From assembly GCA_965199495.1 (NCBI GenBank), contig CBDASK010000003.1, positions 2,208,001-2,272,000 on the forward strand: a stretch of 64,000 nt of DNA, written 5' to 3'. Made by a program: the position numbers and the translations under genes. The stretch comes from Abditibacterium sp. GTDB taxonomy: Bacteria; Armatimonadota; Abditibacteriia; Abditibacteriales; Abditibacteriaceae. Positions 47,894 through 58,136 of this stretch are shown one piece after another (positions within the stretch are counted from its first letter, which is position 1; the number at the start of each line of letters is the position of its first letter). The notes under the pieces were generated by a model. It was not told the DNA's origin and searched no databases. It saw only the letters and a list, made by a program, of their open reading frames with translations.

Positions 47894-49861
47894 ATTTTTG
47901 CGCCAGCCGACGGTCGCTTGCACGCTGCTCCATTCGCCTTTGCCCGCCAAAATTGAGGTTTTCCACTGCGATTGCGGTTTGCCGCGTTCGTCGAGGGGAA
48001 AAGTATCGCGCGTCCAGAACCATTTCCAGTAGCGCGCGGGTTCGAGCGCGGCCCAACTGGCGCGCGGCCAAATCAGAAAATCGGTGGTATTGGTTTTCCA
48101 ACCGGCGCGCGTCATAGCGCCGACGTTGGGCAAATCGTCGGGCGTGGTGACGCCCACGCGCGAATTCACGATGTTGAGCGTGTTGCCGATGCCATTGTTG
48201 GATGCGCCGACATTGGGCGCCGATTTGCGGAAATACCAGACCGTCGGCCACTGGCGATCTTTGCCGTTTTTGCCGTCATTATTGAACCACAGCGCGCGTA
48301 TATCGCCGCACGTTTCGGCCTTGGCGGTTTCGACGGCATCGCGAAAAGCGTCGGGCGATTGCGCATACAAAATCGGCTCGGCGTTGTCGCCCGCGCGCTG
48401 GAAAATCATCGCGTAGTCGCCGCGCAGCGAGAAGAACGCGCCCAGCACCAAACCAAGCAGCCACGCCGGGCGACTCAACCGAATTTGGCTCAGCCAAACG
48501 CCGCCCAAAAGCGCGAGCGGCAGACAAATATGAACGATGAGCCACGGCACTTTTTCGTTGGCGACGGCATAAACCGTCCATGAACTAAAGCTCCACCACA
48601 ACAATAAATCGGTGAATTGGGTGCGGTTTTTGGCGGCGTAATAAACGCCGCCCGCCGCCGCGACCAAAATCGGCACTTCGTATAAAAGCGCCAAAACCAC
48701 ATAATAATCGTGGCGCCCCGGCAGACGCGGCGTGGCCTGTTGGCCGCCCCAGTAATCCCACATTTGCCTAATCGCCGTGAGCGCGCTTGTTGCACCGCCC
48801 GCCGCCGTGACTGTCGGAAACTGTTTGGTTTGCGCCCACTGCGCCAAAATTTGCGCGACGCCGCCAAACAGAAAAATGTAGAGCAACAAAGCCGTGAGCG
48901 CCACCCAAAAATAAGTCAGCCATTGCTCTTTTGAATTGGCGACTCGCAGTTCAATTGGCGCGATTTTCTTTTTCGCTTTCTTGCTGACTTCGCTTTCTTT
49001 CGGTTCGCGCCACGACATCAGCCACAGCCAGAAGACGCCACACGCCGCGACAGCGACGATTTGGAATATTTTGTGTTGGTGCGCCTGAATTGCCGGAACG
49101 AAGGTGTTGTCGCGCGGAAAGAGAATCGCGAAGGCGGTGACGACGACGAAACAGAGCGCGGGCGTCCAGCGTTCGATGAGAACGGGCAGACGGAGCCAAC
49201 CGCTAAAGCGCCACGCCAGCCAGAACGCCAGCAGCATGACGGCGATGAAAAAGAAGTTGGCTTTGGTCGCCAGAAATAAAGTCAAAAACGCCGCCAGTCC
49301 GACGCGCGCGTTGCGCCCGCTTTGCGAATCGGACGGGTGGCTCAGCGTCCACATAAAGCACAAAACCGCGCCCATCGTCAGAAATAAGACCAGCGAATCG
49401 TGCAGCAAATGGCGCGAGTAAGTGACAATCGAAGGCGAAATCGCGACGAGGGCCGCGCCCGCAATCGCCGCGCGATTGGAGACGAAACTGCGCATCGGAA
49501 ACAATATCAGCGCCAACAAGCCGATGCCCAAAATTGACGGGACGAGGCGCGCGGTGAAATCGAAATCGCCCGTCGTTTTGGTGAAAAGCCCGACCAACCC
49601 AAATAGGCCCGCGACCAAATGATAGAGCAACGGCCCATGATAAACCGGATCGTAATGGTAAGTGCCGAAACTCTGCGCGAAAAACGCGTGAATCGCTTCG
49701 TCGGGATGAAACGGCGCTTCCCCCAACAACAGTTGGCGCGCCGCGATGCCGACGATCAAAACGACCATCGCGCTAACCCAGAATCGGTCGGAATTGGTGG
49801 GAGCGGGAACAGCAACGGGCGCGGTTTTGCGGGCGGTTTCTGAAGCGACGGGAGAACGCAT
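47891..49861 (-). CDS. TIGR03663/Agl23-like GT-C membrane protein
   Basis: FHPDEAIHA, YHYDPVYHGPLLYH, FTARL, EKVPWL.VH and EP..YAQ motifs. Confidence 0.8.
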   Translation of the reverse strand: MRSPVASETARKTAPVAVPAPTNSDRFWVSAMVVLIVGIAARQLLLGEAPFHPDEAIHAFFAQSFGTYHYDPVYHGPLLYHLVAGLFGLVGLFTKTTGDFDFTARLVPSILGIGLLALILFPMRSFVSNRAAIAGAALVAISPSIVTYSRHLLHDSLVLFLTMGAVLCFMWTLSHPSDSQSGRNARVGLAAFLTLFLATKANFFFIAVMLLAFWLAWRFSGWLRLPVLIERWTPALCFVVVTAFAILFPRDNTFVPAIQAHQHKIFQIVAVAACGVFWLWLMSWREPKESEVSKKAKKKIAPIELRVANSKEQWLTYFWVALTALLLYIFLFGGVAQILAQWAQTKQFPTVTAAGGATSALTAIRQMWDYWGGQQATPRLPGRHDYYVVLALLYEVPILVAAAGGVYYAAKNRTQFTDLLLWWSFSSWTVYAVANEKVPWLIVHICLPLALLGGVWLSQIRLSRPAWLLGLVLGAFFSLRGDYAMIFQRAGDNAEPILYAQSPDAFRDAVETAKAETCGDIRALWFNNDGKNGKDRQWPTVWYFRKSAPNVGASNNGIGNTLNIVNSRVGVTTPDDLPNVGAMTRAGWKTNTTDFLIWPRASWAALEPARYWKWFWTRDTFPLDERGKPQSQWKTSILAGKGEWSSVQATVGWRKN

Positions 49862-49912
49862 AACGGGAAAAAGGACAGCGGTCAGTTTAATCGCGCCCGA
49901 ATGGATGCTGTT

Positions 49913-52177
49913 TCAGTCCACGCGAAAAATCGTGACGCGATGCGGATCGTCGGGCGCGCCGAACTGCGCGGCGACGGGCAACGCCGCCACATCGGCGGAG
50001 ATTTGCTCGCCATATTCGCGGCGTTCGAGTTCGCCCTCTATCAAATATTTGACGCCGTAATTTTTGAGAATTTGCCTGCGGTTGAGGTTGTTAATCGGCC
50101 CATAAACGTGTCGCACATCGGCTTTGCGCCGAAAAACTTCGGCCCACTCGGCGGCGGCTTTGGCGTCGCGCCCGGCCTTGTCGCGCCCCATCGGCGCGTT
50201 GGCCGGACTCCACTGGTAAGAATGCGCTTGCGGCCCGATAACTGTCGCGATGCCGGTCGCGTCGGCGTAGCGCGTGAAATCGGAGTAATCGCCGCCTTCT
50301 TTCTGCTCGGCCTCGACAAGGTTGTCGTTAGGCCCGACATTGCCAAGCAGCCACGCCGCCGCCGCTTTTTCGGGCGGCGCCAAATGCGCCCAGCCGTCCC
50401 AGCCATCGAAACGCAGCCAATCGGGCTGGCCCGCGCGTTGGGCGCTCGCCATTTCGAGGAAGCGCACGCGCAAAAATGTGAACGATAGATTGCCCGCCAA
50501 CATCACCAAAGCGAGCGGAATAATCACCAGGCGCGCCGCGATTTTCAGGGCGCGCGAACCCTGCGCGACGACCAGCCACAACCCCGCCGCGCCCGCAGTG
50601 CCCCACAACATCCAGACTTGCAAACCGAACTTGAAGGCGGTGTCTTGACGCTTGTAATCGTCGAAACCAGCGTGTTCGGCGCTGCCCAGAAAACCGGCCC
50701 ATGTCGTTTCGCCCCACGCGAGCGCGCAAATTCCGCACAACGCCAGCAGACACAAATAACGCGCCGTCCCACGATTGATGACGGCGCCCGCGATGGCCAA
50801 ACCCGCGCTCGCGCCGATGATTGGCAGCACCAAAACCGACGGCGTTTGCCACGCGCTCCCAACCGCGCCAACCGCGATGCCAGCGATTATGAGCGCCAGC
50901 GTGACGCGCCAGATTATGTTCTCGCGAAAGGTTTGATAAAACGAGAAAATCCACCAACACCCCGCGATTGGCCCCCATAATAGCAGCCATTCGCGGAGCG
51001 GCGAGGCCGGTTGCTGTAACGGTTGCGGCGGGCTGGCCGCGCTTTGCACGCGCAAAAGAAACGGCGTGGCCAGCAACAGCGCGCCGGTGGCGACTCCCAA
51101 CGCAAGGGCGATACGCAATCCCAAGTGGATTTGTCGCACGCGCGGCTTTTCGTCGCTGATTTGTCCGACTTCGCTATTTGTCGCGACAATCGCCAGCCCA
51201 ATTAGAAGCGCGAACGCCGGAAAATCCCACGTATTGGTGACGAGCATCGCGCCCAAAATTAAGGCGGCGAACAGGGCGCGCCCGGCGTTTTTGGCGCGGT
51301 ATAAACACCAGCCCAGCGTCATCAACGCGATTTCGTTGGGGAAGTCGAAGTAGTGCCCGTGCAAATCGGCTTGATTGAAGGTGAACCACGGAAACTCGTT
51401 GATGGTGAAGGGAATCACCCGTGAAATCGAGAACGGGTCGAGCGCAAAGGCGCGGCCTGCCGAATAGATATCGAGGTGCGTCCATTGATAAATCGGTTGC
51501 AAGGTGCCGCCCGCCAAAACCGCGCCCGCTACCCAAGCGCCGCCCCGGTGGCTCTTCGTCAGCCCAACGCCCAGCGAAAAAAGCGCGCCAAAGCATAAGG
51601 CGGGCAAAGTCGCGCACATCAGGTTATAACTCCAACGCACGCTCGTCCCACTGGCGCGCGTCAAAAGCGCGGTTTCGAGATGTCCGAAATAATAATACGA
51701 TTGCAAACGTGCGCCCGCCGCGTAGGGATTGGCGGGCGGCAACTGTTGCGCGCGCGCCAGAGCGCCGATGAGCGCCGAATCCATCGCTTTCTCGCCATTG
51801 TTGACACCGTTAGTATCGCTCCAAAATCCGCGCAACACGAAGAAAACCGCGAATACCATCACAAATAAAAGTTCGGTAGCGACAATGGTTTTGCGATGCT
51901 GGCGCCAATATGTTCGGAGTTGTGCGCGCTGTCGCCAGCCGAAAGCGAGGCCAATGAACGCTAACGGCAAGTAGAGCCACGCCGACATCGCGACCGAAAC
52001 GCCGAACTGGCCGAGCCAGAAAGCGAGCATCGTCCACGCGCTTAAAAATAGGATGCGTCCGACGGCCAACCCACAGTCGGGCAACGATTCGCCCAGCGCG
52101 CGCGCGGCGAGCGGCCACGCCGTCCAGCCAGCGCCCAGAACGAGAAGAAGCCAGAGCAAATAAGTGAATGCGGACAC
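49913..52177 (-). CDS. DUF2298 (Chlor_Arch_YYY-type) membrane protein
   Basis: GEKAMD, PP.NPY.AG....YYYFG, TINEFP..TF...DLHGH, NTWDFP and DTAFKFGLQVW motifs. Confidence 0.85.
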   Translation of the reverse strand: MSAFTYLLWLLLVLGAGWTAWPLAARALGESLPDCGLAVGRILFLSAWTMLAFWLGQFGVSVAMSAWLYLPLAFIGLAFGWRQRAQLRTYWRQHRKTIVATELLFVMVFAVFFVLRGFWSDTNGVNNGEKAMDSALIGALARAQQLPPANPYAAGARLQSYYYFGHLETALLTRASGTSVRWSYNLMCATLPALCFGALFSLGVGLTKSHRGGAWVAGAVLAGGTLQPIYQWTHLDIYSAGRAFALDPFSISRVIPFTINEFPWFTFNQADLHGHYFDFPNEIALMTLGWCLYRAKNAGRALFAALILGAMLVTNTWDFPAFALLIGLAIVATNSEVGQISDEKPRVRQIHLGLRIALALGVATGALLLATPFLLRVQSAASPPQPLQQPASPLREWLLLWGPIAGCWWIFSFYQTFRENIIWRVTLALIIAGIAVGAVGSAWQTPSVLVLPIIGASAGLAIAGAVINRGTARYLCLLALCGICALAWGETTWAGFLGSAEHAGFDDYKRQDTAFKFGLQVWMLWGTAGAAGLWLVVAQGSRALKIAARLVIIPLALVMLAGNLSFTFLRVRFLEMASAQRAGQPDWLRFDGWDGWAHLAPPEKAAAAWLLGNVGPNDNLVEAEQKEGGDYSDFTRYADATGIATVIGPQAHSYQWSPANAPMGRDKAGRDAKAAAEWAEVFRRKADVRHVYGPINNLNRRQILKNYGVKYLIEGELERREYGEQISADVAALPVAAQFGAPDDPHRVTIFRVD

Positions 52178-52543
52178 GAGCCATTTAGTTTGAATCGTTG
52201 ACGCGGGTTTGTGTTTGGTTTGCTGGCTTTGTTTGTGTTCATAGCGAGTTTCGCACGAATGTCATCCGCGTGGTGCGCGCCCCAAAAATTTGCTGACTCC
52301 CGTCGGCACGTCTGCCGATTACGCGTTTTCCACGGATATTTCCAGTTACGACCACGACGATTAAAATACGCCGGAATTGGCGAGATGCCCGTCGCCATTA
52401 AGGAGGGCGGCGGCGATTATGTCGCTTACACTGACGGCGCCTTTGAAAACATTCGCCAAATATCGTGGTTTAGCGGGCCTGATTTTGCGCGCCCGCGTCA
52501 TCATTTGGTAAAAACTACCGGCGCCCGTAATTTCTTCCATGCC

Positions 52544-53359
52544 ATGTTCAATCCTTTCAAAAAACGCGAACCCGAACCCGCCGAATCGCCCGCCGTTTCG
52601 ATGCCCGATAACGCGCCGTTGGTCGAACTCATTCACCAGATGAAACTCGACACGCTTTTTGGCGATATGCGCCCGATGCACCGCGCGATTCTCGATGCCG
52701 AATTTTTGTTGCCTCTGCATGAGCCACCGCAGCAGACGCCGCAGGGATTGCGGATGCGTTACCTGACTTTCAGTAACGATCATTTCGGCCCCGATTCGAC
52801 TTTGGCATTGTTCACCGATGCCAGTCGGATGCGCGCTTTTCTCGGCGATACGTCCTCTTTGGGCGCGCGCGTCTGCGCCGGATTTTGGAATGGCAAAACC
52901 GCGTGCGAGGCGGCGATGAACGCGCAATTGCCGTTGCTGGCGATTAACCCCGGCGGCGATGCGCACTATGCGATGCCATCGCACGTTTATCGCGTTTTGG
53001 CGTTTGGCTATGTGCCATCGAGCGTGGCCGATGAAGAAATCAAAAGCGCGCAAATCACCATCGCGCGCCCGCTTTCGGGCTTGCCTTCCAATCAGGAATT
53101 AGACGCGTGGCGCGCGGTTTTGCAAAAGCACGGCGCCGACAAAGCCTACTGGTTCAATGTGTTATTAGATGATATTAATGAACTGCGTTACGCCATCGGC
53201 GTCGAGTGCGAGGCCGAAAAATTCAGGGCCGTTCAAAGCGATTTGGCGGGCGCGTGGCTGGGCATTTGGCCGGTGAACTCGCCGCTGTGGGTGCAACAGT
53301 TGGGCGACGACGAACAATCCCAAGCCATCCGCGAAGGCGGCGACTTGATCTATGGTTGA
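52544..53359 (+). CDS. SseB family protein
   Basis: AILDAEFLLP, LALFTD and LAINPG motifs; ATG 52544 preferred. Confidence 0.7.
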   Translation: MFNPFKKREPEPAESPAVSMPDNAPLVELIHQMKLDTLFGDMRPMHRAILDAEFLLPLHEPPQQTPQGLRMRYLTFSNDHFGPDSTLALFTDASRMRAFLGDTSSLGARVCAGFWNGKTACEAAMNAQLPLLAINPGGDAHYAMPSHVYRVLAFGYVPSSVADEEIKSAQITIARPLSGLPSNQELDAWRAVLQKHGADKAYWFNVLLDDINELRYAIGVECEAEKFRAVQSDLAGAWLGIWPVNSPLWVQQLGDDEQSQAIREGGDLIYG

Positions 53360-53635
53360 TAATGACGGGCCAATCTCGCCTTATGCTGTCTCCCTTACTG
53401 AAAGTTTCTGCGTTGAACCTCATTTCTCCTCTTTGAGGGTAGGAAATTTTGATGTAATAGGCAGCCTTCGATAAAGTTCGCCGAATAGATGAAACTGAGC
53501 CTCTAAAACTGCGATGCCAGTGAAGACAAGTAAAGAAGGACGCTATTCGTGACTTTTGTTGGAATGTCAATAGTTGGTGTGCGTTAAGATAACTGGGGGA
53601 TATTTTTGGTGAACATCATTTTCCCCAGAGCTGTC

Positions 53636-55606
53636 ATGTTTAAATTTTTCATTCATCGTCGCGCCCGGTTTAGTTTCTCGAACTCAAGAAACAAGGCATT
53701 GGCGCTTCTTTTGGTGTTGTCCGCCACTGCATCGGGGGCGAGCGATGTGTATGCGCAGACCAAATCCACGGCGCGTTACGTCGCTGGCTCCGATGACGTG
53801 TTGACCATCACGGTTCTGCGTCACCCCGAATTTAGCGCTGCTAACGTGCTAATTCCCCAAAATGGATTGATTACTCTGCCCGTTGTCGGCACTATCCGCG
53901 CCAGCGGCAAGACGCTGGAACAGTTGGATATCGCCATCACTCAGGGGTTGAAAGTGAAACTTCGCAGTCCCGAAGTGACGGTGACTTTGGAGAAGCCACG
54001 GCCCCGCCCGCTTTATGTGGTTGGTCAGGTCAATAAGCCGGGCATCTACGAAGCGAAGAACGGTTGGCGCATCACGCAGGCTCTGGCGGCGGCGGGCGGC
54101 CTCTCGGTAGATGCCGACTTATCGGCGGTTATCGTCAATCGCGACAACCAAAAGTTAGTGGATACCTCTTTGCTTCCCCTGCTGAAAGACCCGACAAATC
54201 CCGGCAATATCGCGCTGGAAAGCGGCGATTCGGTGCGCTTCTACGAGCGCAAAGTGACTGTTAGCGTCACGGGCGCCGTGACGCACCCCGGCATTTATGC
54301 CGTTCCCACGGGAAGCGGCATCGTTCAGGCCATCGGATTTGCCGGGGGTTCCACGCCCGACGCCGCTTTGACGCGCGCCACGGTGCGACGGGCCGATGGC
54401 AAAATCGTGCCGGTTGATTTGTTCAAGGCTCTATTGGAGGGCGATACCAAAAGCAATCTTGACCTGATCGAAGGCGATGTTATCGTCGTGCCGGAACAGA
54501 ACAATCGGATTTCGGTTTTGGGCGCCGTTCCCAAACCCGGATTCTTTCCGATGCAAGACGGGCGCGACTTGAAAGTCGCGGACGCCATCGCTCTGGCGGG
54601 CGGCCCAAAACCAAACGCCGCCCTGACGCGCGCTGTGCTGCGCCATTCCGATGGCACAACTCAACCGATCAATCTTTATAGTCTGCTCATCGAAGGCGTG
54701 CAAAATAATAACGTCGTGCTGCGACCGGACGATATTATCTCGATTCCCGAAGCCAAGGGCGTGACCGTGATCGGCGAGGTCACAGCGCCGGGTTCTTATC
54801 CGTTGGAAGAGGGCAAAGACCCGCACGTTTCTGATGCGCTGGCCGCCGCCGGAGGCTTGAAAGTCAAGCCCGAATTGGCGCGTATTTCGGTGTCGCGTGG
54901 CGTCGAAGGCGGCAGCAACGTTTCGATGGAAATTAATCCAGTGGGGTTGCTGGAACTGAGCGATCTGTCGCAAAATGCCCGTCTGCGCGATGGCGATATC
55001 GTCAGCGTAACGGCGGTTAAACGCAATAGCATCTCTATTTCTGGCGAGGTCAAAACGCCGGGGACTTACGAATTATCCGACGGCGACAGCGTGACCGAAT
55101 TAATTTCGCGTGCCGGTGGCTCTACGGAGGACGCGGCGCTGGGACAGGTTTCTATCAAACGGCGCAATGGCACGATGTCGGTTGTTGACACCTCGGCGGC
55201 TTTGCTTGAAGGCGGCGCGTTGGTCGGTGGTGCGCTCAAAGACGGCGATTTCGTCGTTGTGCCGCGCTCGAAACAACGCGTGCTCATTGTTGGCGCGGTC
55301 AGCAAACCCGGTTCGTATGCCATGCCCGAAGATAGAGTCTTAAACGTTGGCGATGCCTTGAGTTTGGCTGGTGGCACGCTCAACACGGCGCGCGTCAAAA
55401 CGGTCACGTTGCTGCGCCCGCAAAGCGCCGACAAAGCCGTGACAACCACGGTTCTATCGTTGGACAAACCAGATAAAGACGGGCGTTTGGCCGTGAATGT
55501 TACCCTGATGAGTGGCGATGTTCTTTACGTGCCCGAAGGTAAGATACGCCAATCAACCTTGAGTACTATTTCGAGCTTCTTGCCCTTTGCTTATTACTTG
55601 AGATAA
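53636..55606 (+). CDS. wza: Polysaccharide export (OPX/Wza-like) protein with six SLBB-like repeats
   Basis: Y...DD.L.I.V...PE, G.I.LP.VG PES motif; six V.G.V..PG.Y/F repeats. Confidence 0.88.
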   Translation: MFKFFIHRRARFSFSNSRNKALALLLVLSATASGASDVYAQTKSTARYVAGSDDVLTITVLRHPEFSAANVLIPQNGLITLPVVGTIRASGKTLEQLDIAITQGLKVKLRSPEVTVTLEKPRPRPLYVVGQVNKPGIYEAKNGWRITQALAAAGGLSVDADLSAVIVNRDNQKLVDTSLLPLLKDPTNPGNIALESGDSVRFYERKVTVSVTGAVTHPGIYAVPTGSGIVQAIGFAGGSTPDAALTRATVRRADGKIVPVDLFKALLEGDTKSNLDLIEGDVIVVPEQNNRISVLGAVPKPGFFPMQDGRDLKVADAIALAGGPKPNAALTRAVLRHSDGTTQPINLYSLLIEGVQNNNVVLRPDDIISIPEAKGVTVIGEVTAPGSYPLEEGKDPHVSDALAAAGGLKVKPELARISVSRGVEGGSNVSMEINPVGLLELSDLSQNARLRDGDIVSVTAVKRNSISISGEVKTPGTYELSDGDSVTELISRAGGSTEDAALGQVSIKRRNGTMSVVDTSAALLEGGALVGGALKDGDFVVVPRSKQRVLIVGAVSKPGSYAMPEDRVLNVGDALSLAGGTLNTARVKTVTLLRPQSADKAVTTTVLSLDKPDKDGRLAVNVTLMSGDVLYVPEGKIRQSTLSTISSFLPFAYYLR

Positions 55607-55782
55607 GTGGCGCCACAGTTTTAGAGTCGCGATTAGAGAGAATATCAAAACATGATGTTCCATCTAAATCGCTGTTTTAAAATTCTCGCGAGGAGTGGGG
55701 GGCAGCTTTTTGTCTCTCTCCTTATATACTCTCGTTAAAGAATTTCACCGCGCTTTTTTCGGATTGCGCGTCGGAGAACACA

Positions 55783-58032
55783 TTGAATCAGAATCCAGAT
55801 CTTCCCAATAATGGCGCGCGTCCAGCGTCCATTGAATCTTCGCGGGCACTTAACACTCTGCTCGAAGAACGGCCTTACAATACGGTTGCGGATCATTCTA
55901 ACATCTACGCGCAAGATGTTGACGAAGACAGTTTCGATTGGAAACGCCTGTTTTCGGTGGTCAAGCGACGCAAAAAAGTGATTGGTACCACCTTATTGTC
56001 GGTGCTCACGCTGGCCGGAGTTTATCTGGCGCTTTCTCCCAAAATCTACAAAGCGTCCGCTGATCTTTTGATCAATACCCAGAAAAATTCAAATAACAAC
56101 TCTTTGTCGGCCTCATTGCCTGCAATCACCGACTTGTTGGGAGCCACGGGCACTCGTTCGCAAGACACGGAAGCGGAAATACTGCGGAGTTCCACCGTTC
56201 AAGACACCGCAGATTCGCTAATGCCACAGTCGTTACATGCGGCTTTGGGGTCTGAGACACAGCGCAAAAAATTGGTGCAGGTTGATATTCAGCCCAAACG
56301 CTCGACTGATATTATCACGGTCAATGTGCAAAGCCGCGATCCCAAGATTGCCATTGAGTATTCCAATGCGCTTTGCGAAGCCTATCGCATACAGAATCAA
56401 AATAATAATACAGCCCAGTACAAAGAGACTGCCGATTATATTGGCGGACAATTGGAAAAAGTGCGCAAGAACTTGGACGAAAAGCGCGATGAATTGAGGA
56501 AGTTCAAAGAAGCGAATAAGCTCGTGGATTTGCCGACTGAAAGTCAGGCGCGTGTGGCGCGTCTGGCCGAGCTTCAGGGCGCGCTTCAAGAGGCCGAAGC
56601 TGATATTACTTCGGGCGAAGCACAGTTGAAGAATTTGCGGGAGCAAGCCAACAAAATGGCGCCCGCAGAGACGATGCCTTCGACAATTGTCGTGCGCCCC
56701 GTTGTGCAACAGTTGAGACAACAATTAACCGATCTCGAATCGCAACGCTCGGCCTTGCTCCAGGAGTTCGTGCCGGGAGCCAGCGAAGTAAGAACGGTGG
56801 ACGATCAAATTGCGGCTTTGCGCAGCCGCTTGAAGACTGAGGCAACCACAGAAGTCGGAACTTACACGCGCAACATCAATCCCGTGCGCCAGTCCGTGTT
56901 GGAAGACATTTCCAAAACTCTGGCTGGCATCTGGTCGGCTCAGGCGCGCGCAGACGCTCTGCGGGGAAATATCGCGACCGCGCGTGAAAGCGTGGAGAAG
57001 TTGCCGCAACGCGAATATCAGTTGAGCCAATTGCAGGGCGATTTGGTGACCTACCAAGAAACCTTTCAATCCTTGAGCGACAAATATCAAACTCTCTTAA
57101 TCAGTCAAAAGACGCCCGTTTCTAACGCTCGTGTTATTACGCCAGCCGATGAAGCCACGAAAGTCAGCCCGCGCGTGGCTTCCACATTAGTGTTGGCTTT
57201 GTTTGGTGGTTTGATCTTGTCTATGGCTCTTGCGGCGGCTATTGACTCGATGGACAACAAAATTTACACCGAGGAAGACGCCGTTCAAGCCACCGGTTTG
57301 CCGGTATTGACTCACGTTCCCATGCTGCCCTCGAACGGCCAGAACACGCCGCTCATTCACCGAGACGAGGAATCTTTCTTTTTGGAAAGTTTTCGAATGC
57401 TACGCACTCAACTCTCGTTCATCAGTTCTTATGGGAATTTGAAGACGTTGGTTTTGACCAGCAGCCAGCCCAACGAAGGCAAGTCTATGGTTTCGGCCAA
57501 TCTGGCCATCTCGCTGGCTCTTAACAACAAGAAGGTTGTGTTGGTTGATACCGATCTGCGCCGTCCCACCATTCATCAAATTTTTGATCTGGCAAATGCC
57601 ACCGGTTTTACCAGCGTTGTGGCGGGCACCAGCGCTCTGGAAGACGCCCTGCAAACGACCGATGTCGAAAAGTTGTCCGTTCTCACTTCTGGCCCCAAGC
57701 CACCCAACCCCGCCGAACTTTTGGACTCGCGCGTGGCGCGCGGTCTTATCGAGGATTTGAAAGAACAATTCGACTACGTGATTATTGACGCGCCACCTGC
57801 GCTCGTCATCGCCGACGCGCAAATTGTCGCTTCAATGGCTGATGGCGTTTTGCTGGTGGTTTCCTGCCAAGAGGCCAATCGCGGCGCCGTGGAACGCACC
57901 TACGAAATCATGGCGCAAGCCGGAATTCGTATCATTGGAATGGTGCTCAACAAATTTACTCACGATCAGGGCAATTACCATAGTTACTACGGCTCCTACA
58001 TCGAACGCTCCAAAGAACTGAAATTAAAATAA
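55783..58032 (+). CDS. wzc: Polysaccharide co-polymerase / BY-kinase
   Basis: Two TMs and coiled coil; ESFRMLRT, NEGKS, DTDLRRP and IIDAPP motifs; C-terminal Tyr cluster. Confidence 0.92.
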   Translation: MNQNPDLPNNGARPASIESSRALNTLLEERPYNTVADHSNIYAQDVDEDSFDWKRLFSVVKRRKKVIGTTLLSVLTLAGVYLALSPKIYKASADLLINTQKNSNNNSLSASLPAITDLLGATGTRSQDTEAEILRSSTVQDTADSLMPQSLHAALGSETQRKKLVQVDIQPKRSTDIITVNVQSRDPKIAIEYSNALCEAYRIQNQNNNTAQYKETADYIGGQLEKVRKNLDEKRDELRKFKEANKLVDLPTESQARVARLAELQGALQEAEADITSGEAQLKNLREQANKMAPAETMPSTIVVRPVVQQLRQQLTDLESQRSALLQEFVPGASEVRTVDDQIAALRSRLKTEATTEVGTYTRNINPVRQSVLEDISKTLAGIWSAQARADALRGNIATARESVEKLPQREYQLSQLQGDLVTYQETFQSLSDKYQTLLISQKTPVSNARVITPADEATKVSPRVASTLVLALFGGLILSMALAAAIDSMDNKIYTEEDAVQATGLPVLTHVPMLPSNGQNTPLIHRDEESFFLESFRMLRTQLSFISSYGNLKTLVLTSSQPNEGKSMVSANLAISLALNNKKVVLVDTDLRRPTIHQIFDLANATGFTSVVAGTSALEDALQTTDVEKLSVLTSGPKPPNPAELLDSRVARGLIEDLKEQFDYVIIDAPPALVIADAQIVASMADGVLLVVSCQEANRGAVERTYEIMAQAGIRIIGMVLNKFTHDQGNYHSYYGSYIERSKELKLK

Positions 58033-58136
58033 TTTTTAGAAGTAAAATGTTAATCTTACTGCAATTTTGATAAAATTCAACTCTGGTCGGGATGTAAAAC
58101 TTTATGCTCTGTTGAATATCTACACCAGATGATCGT

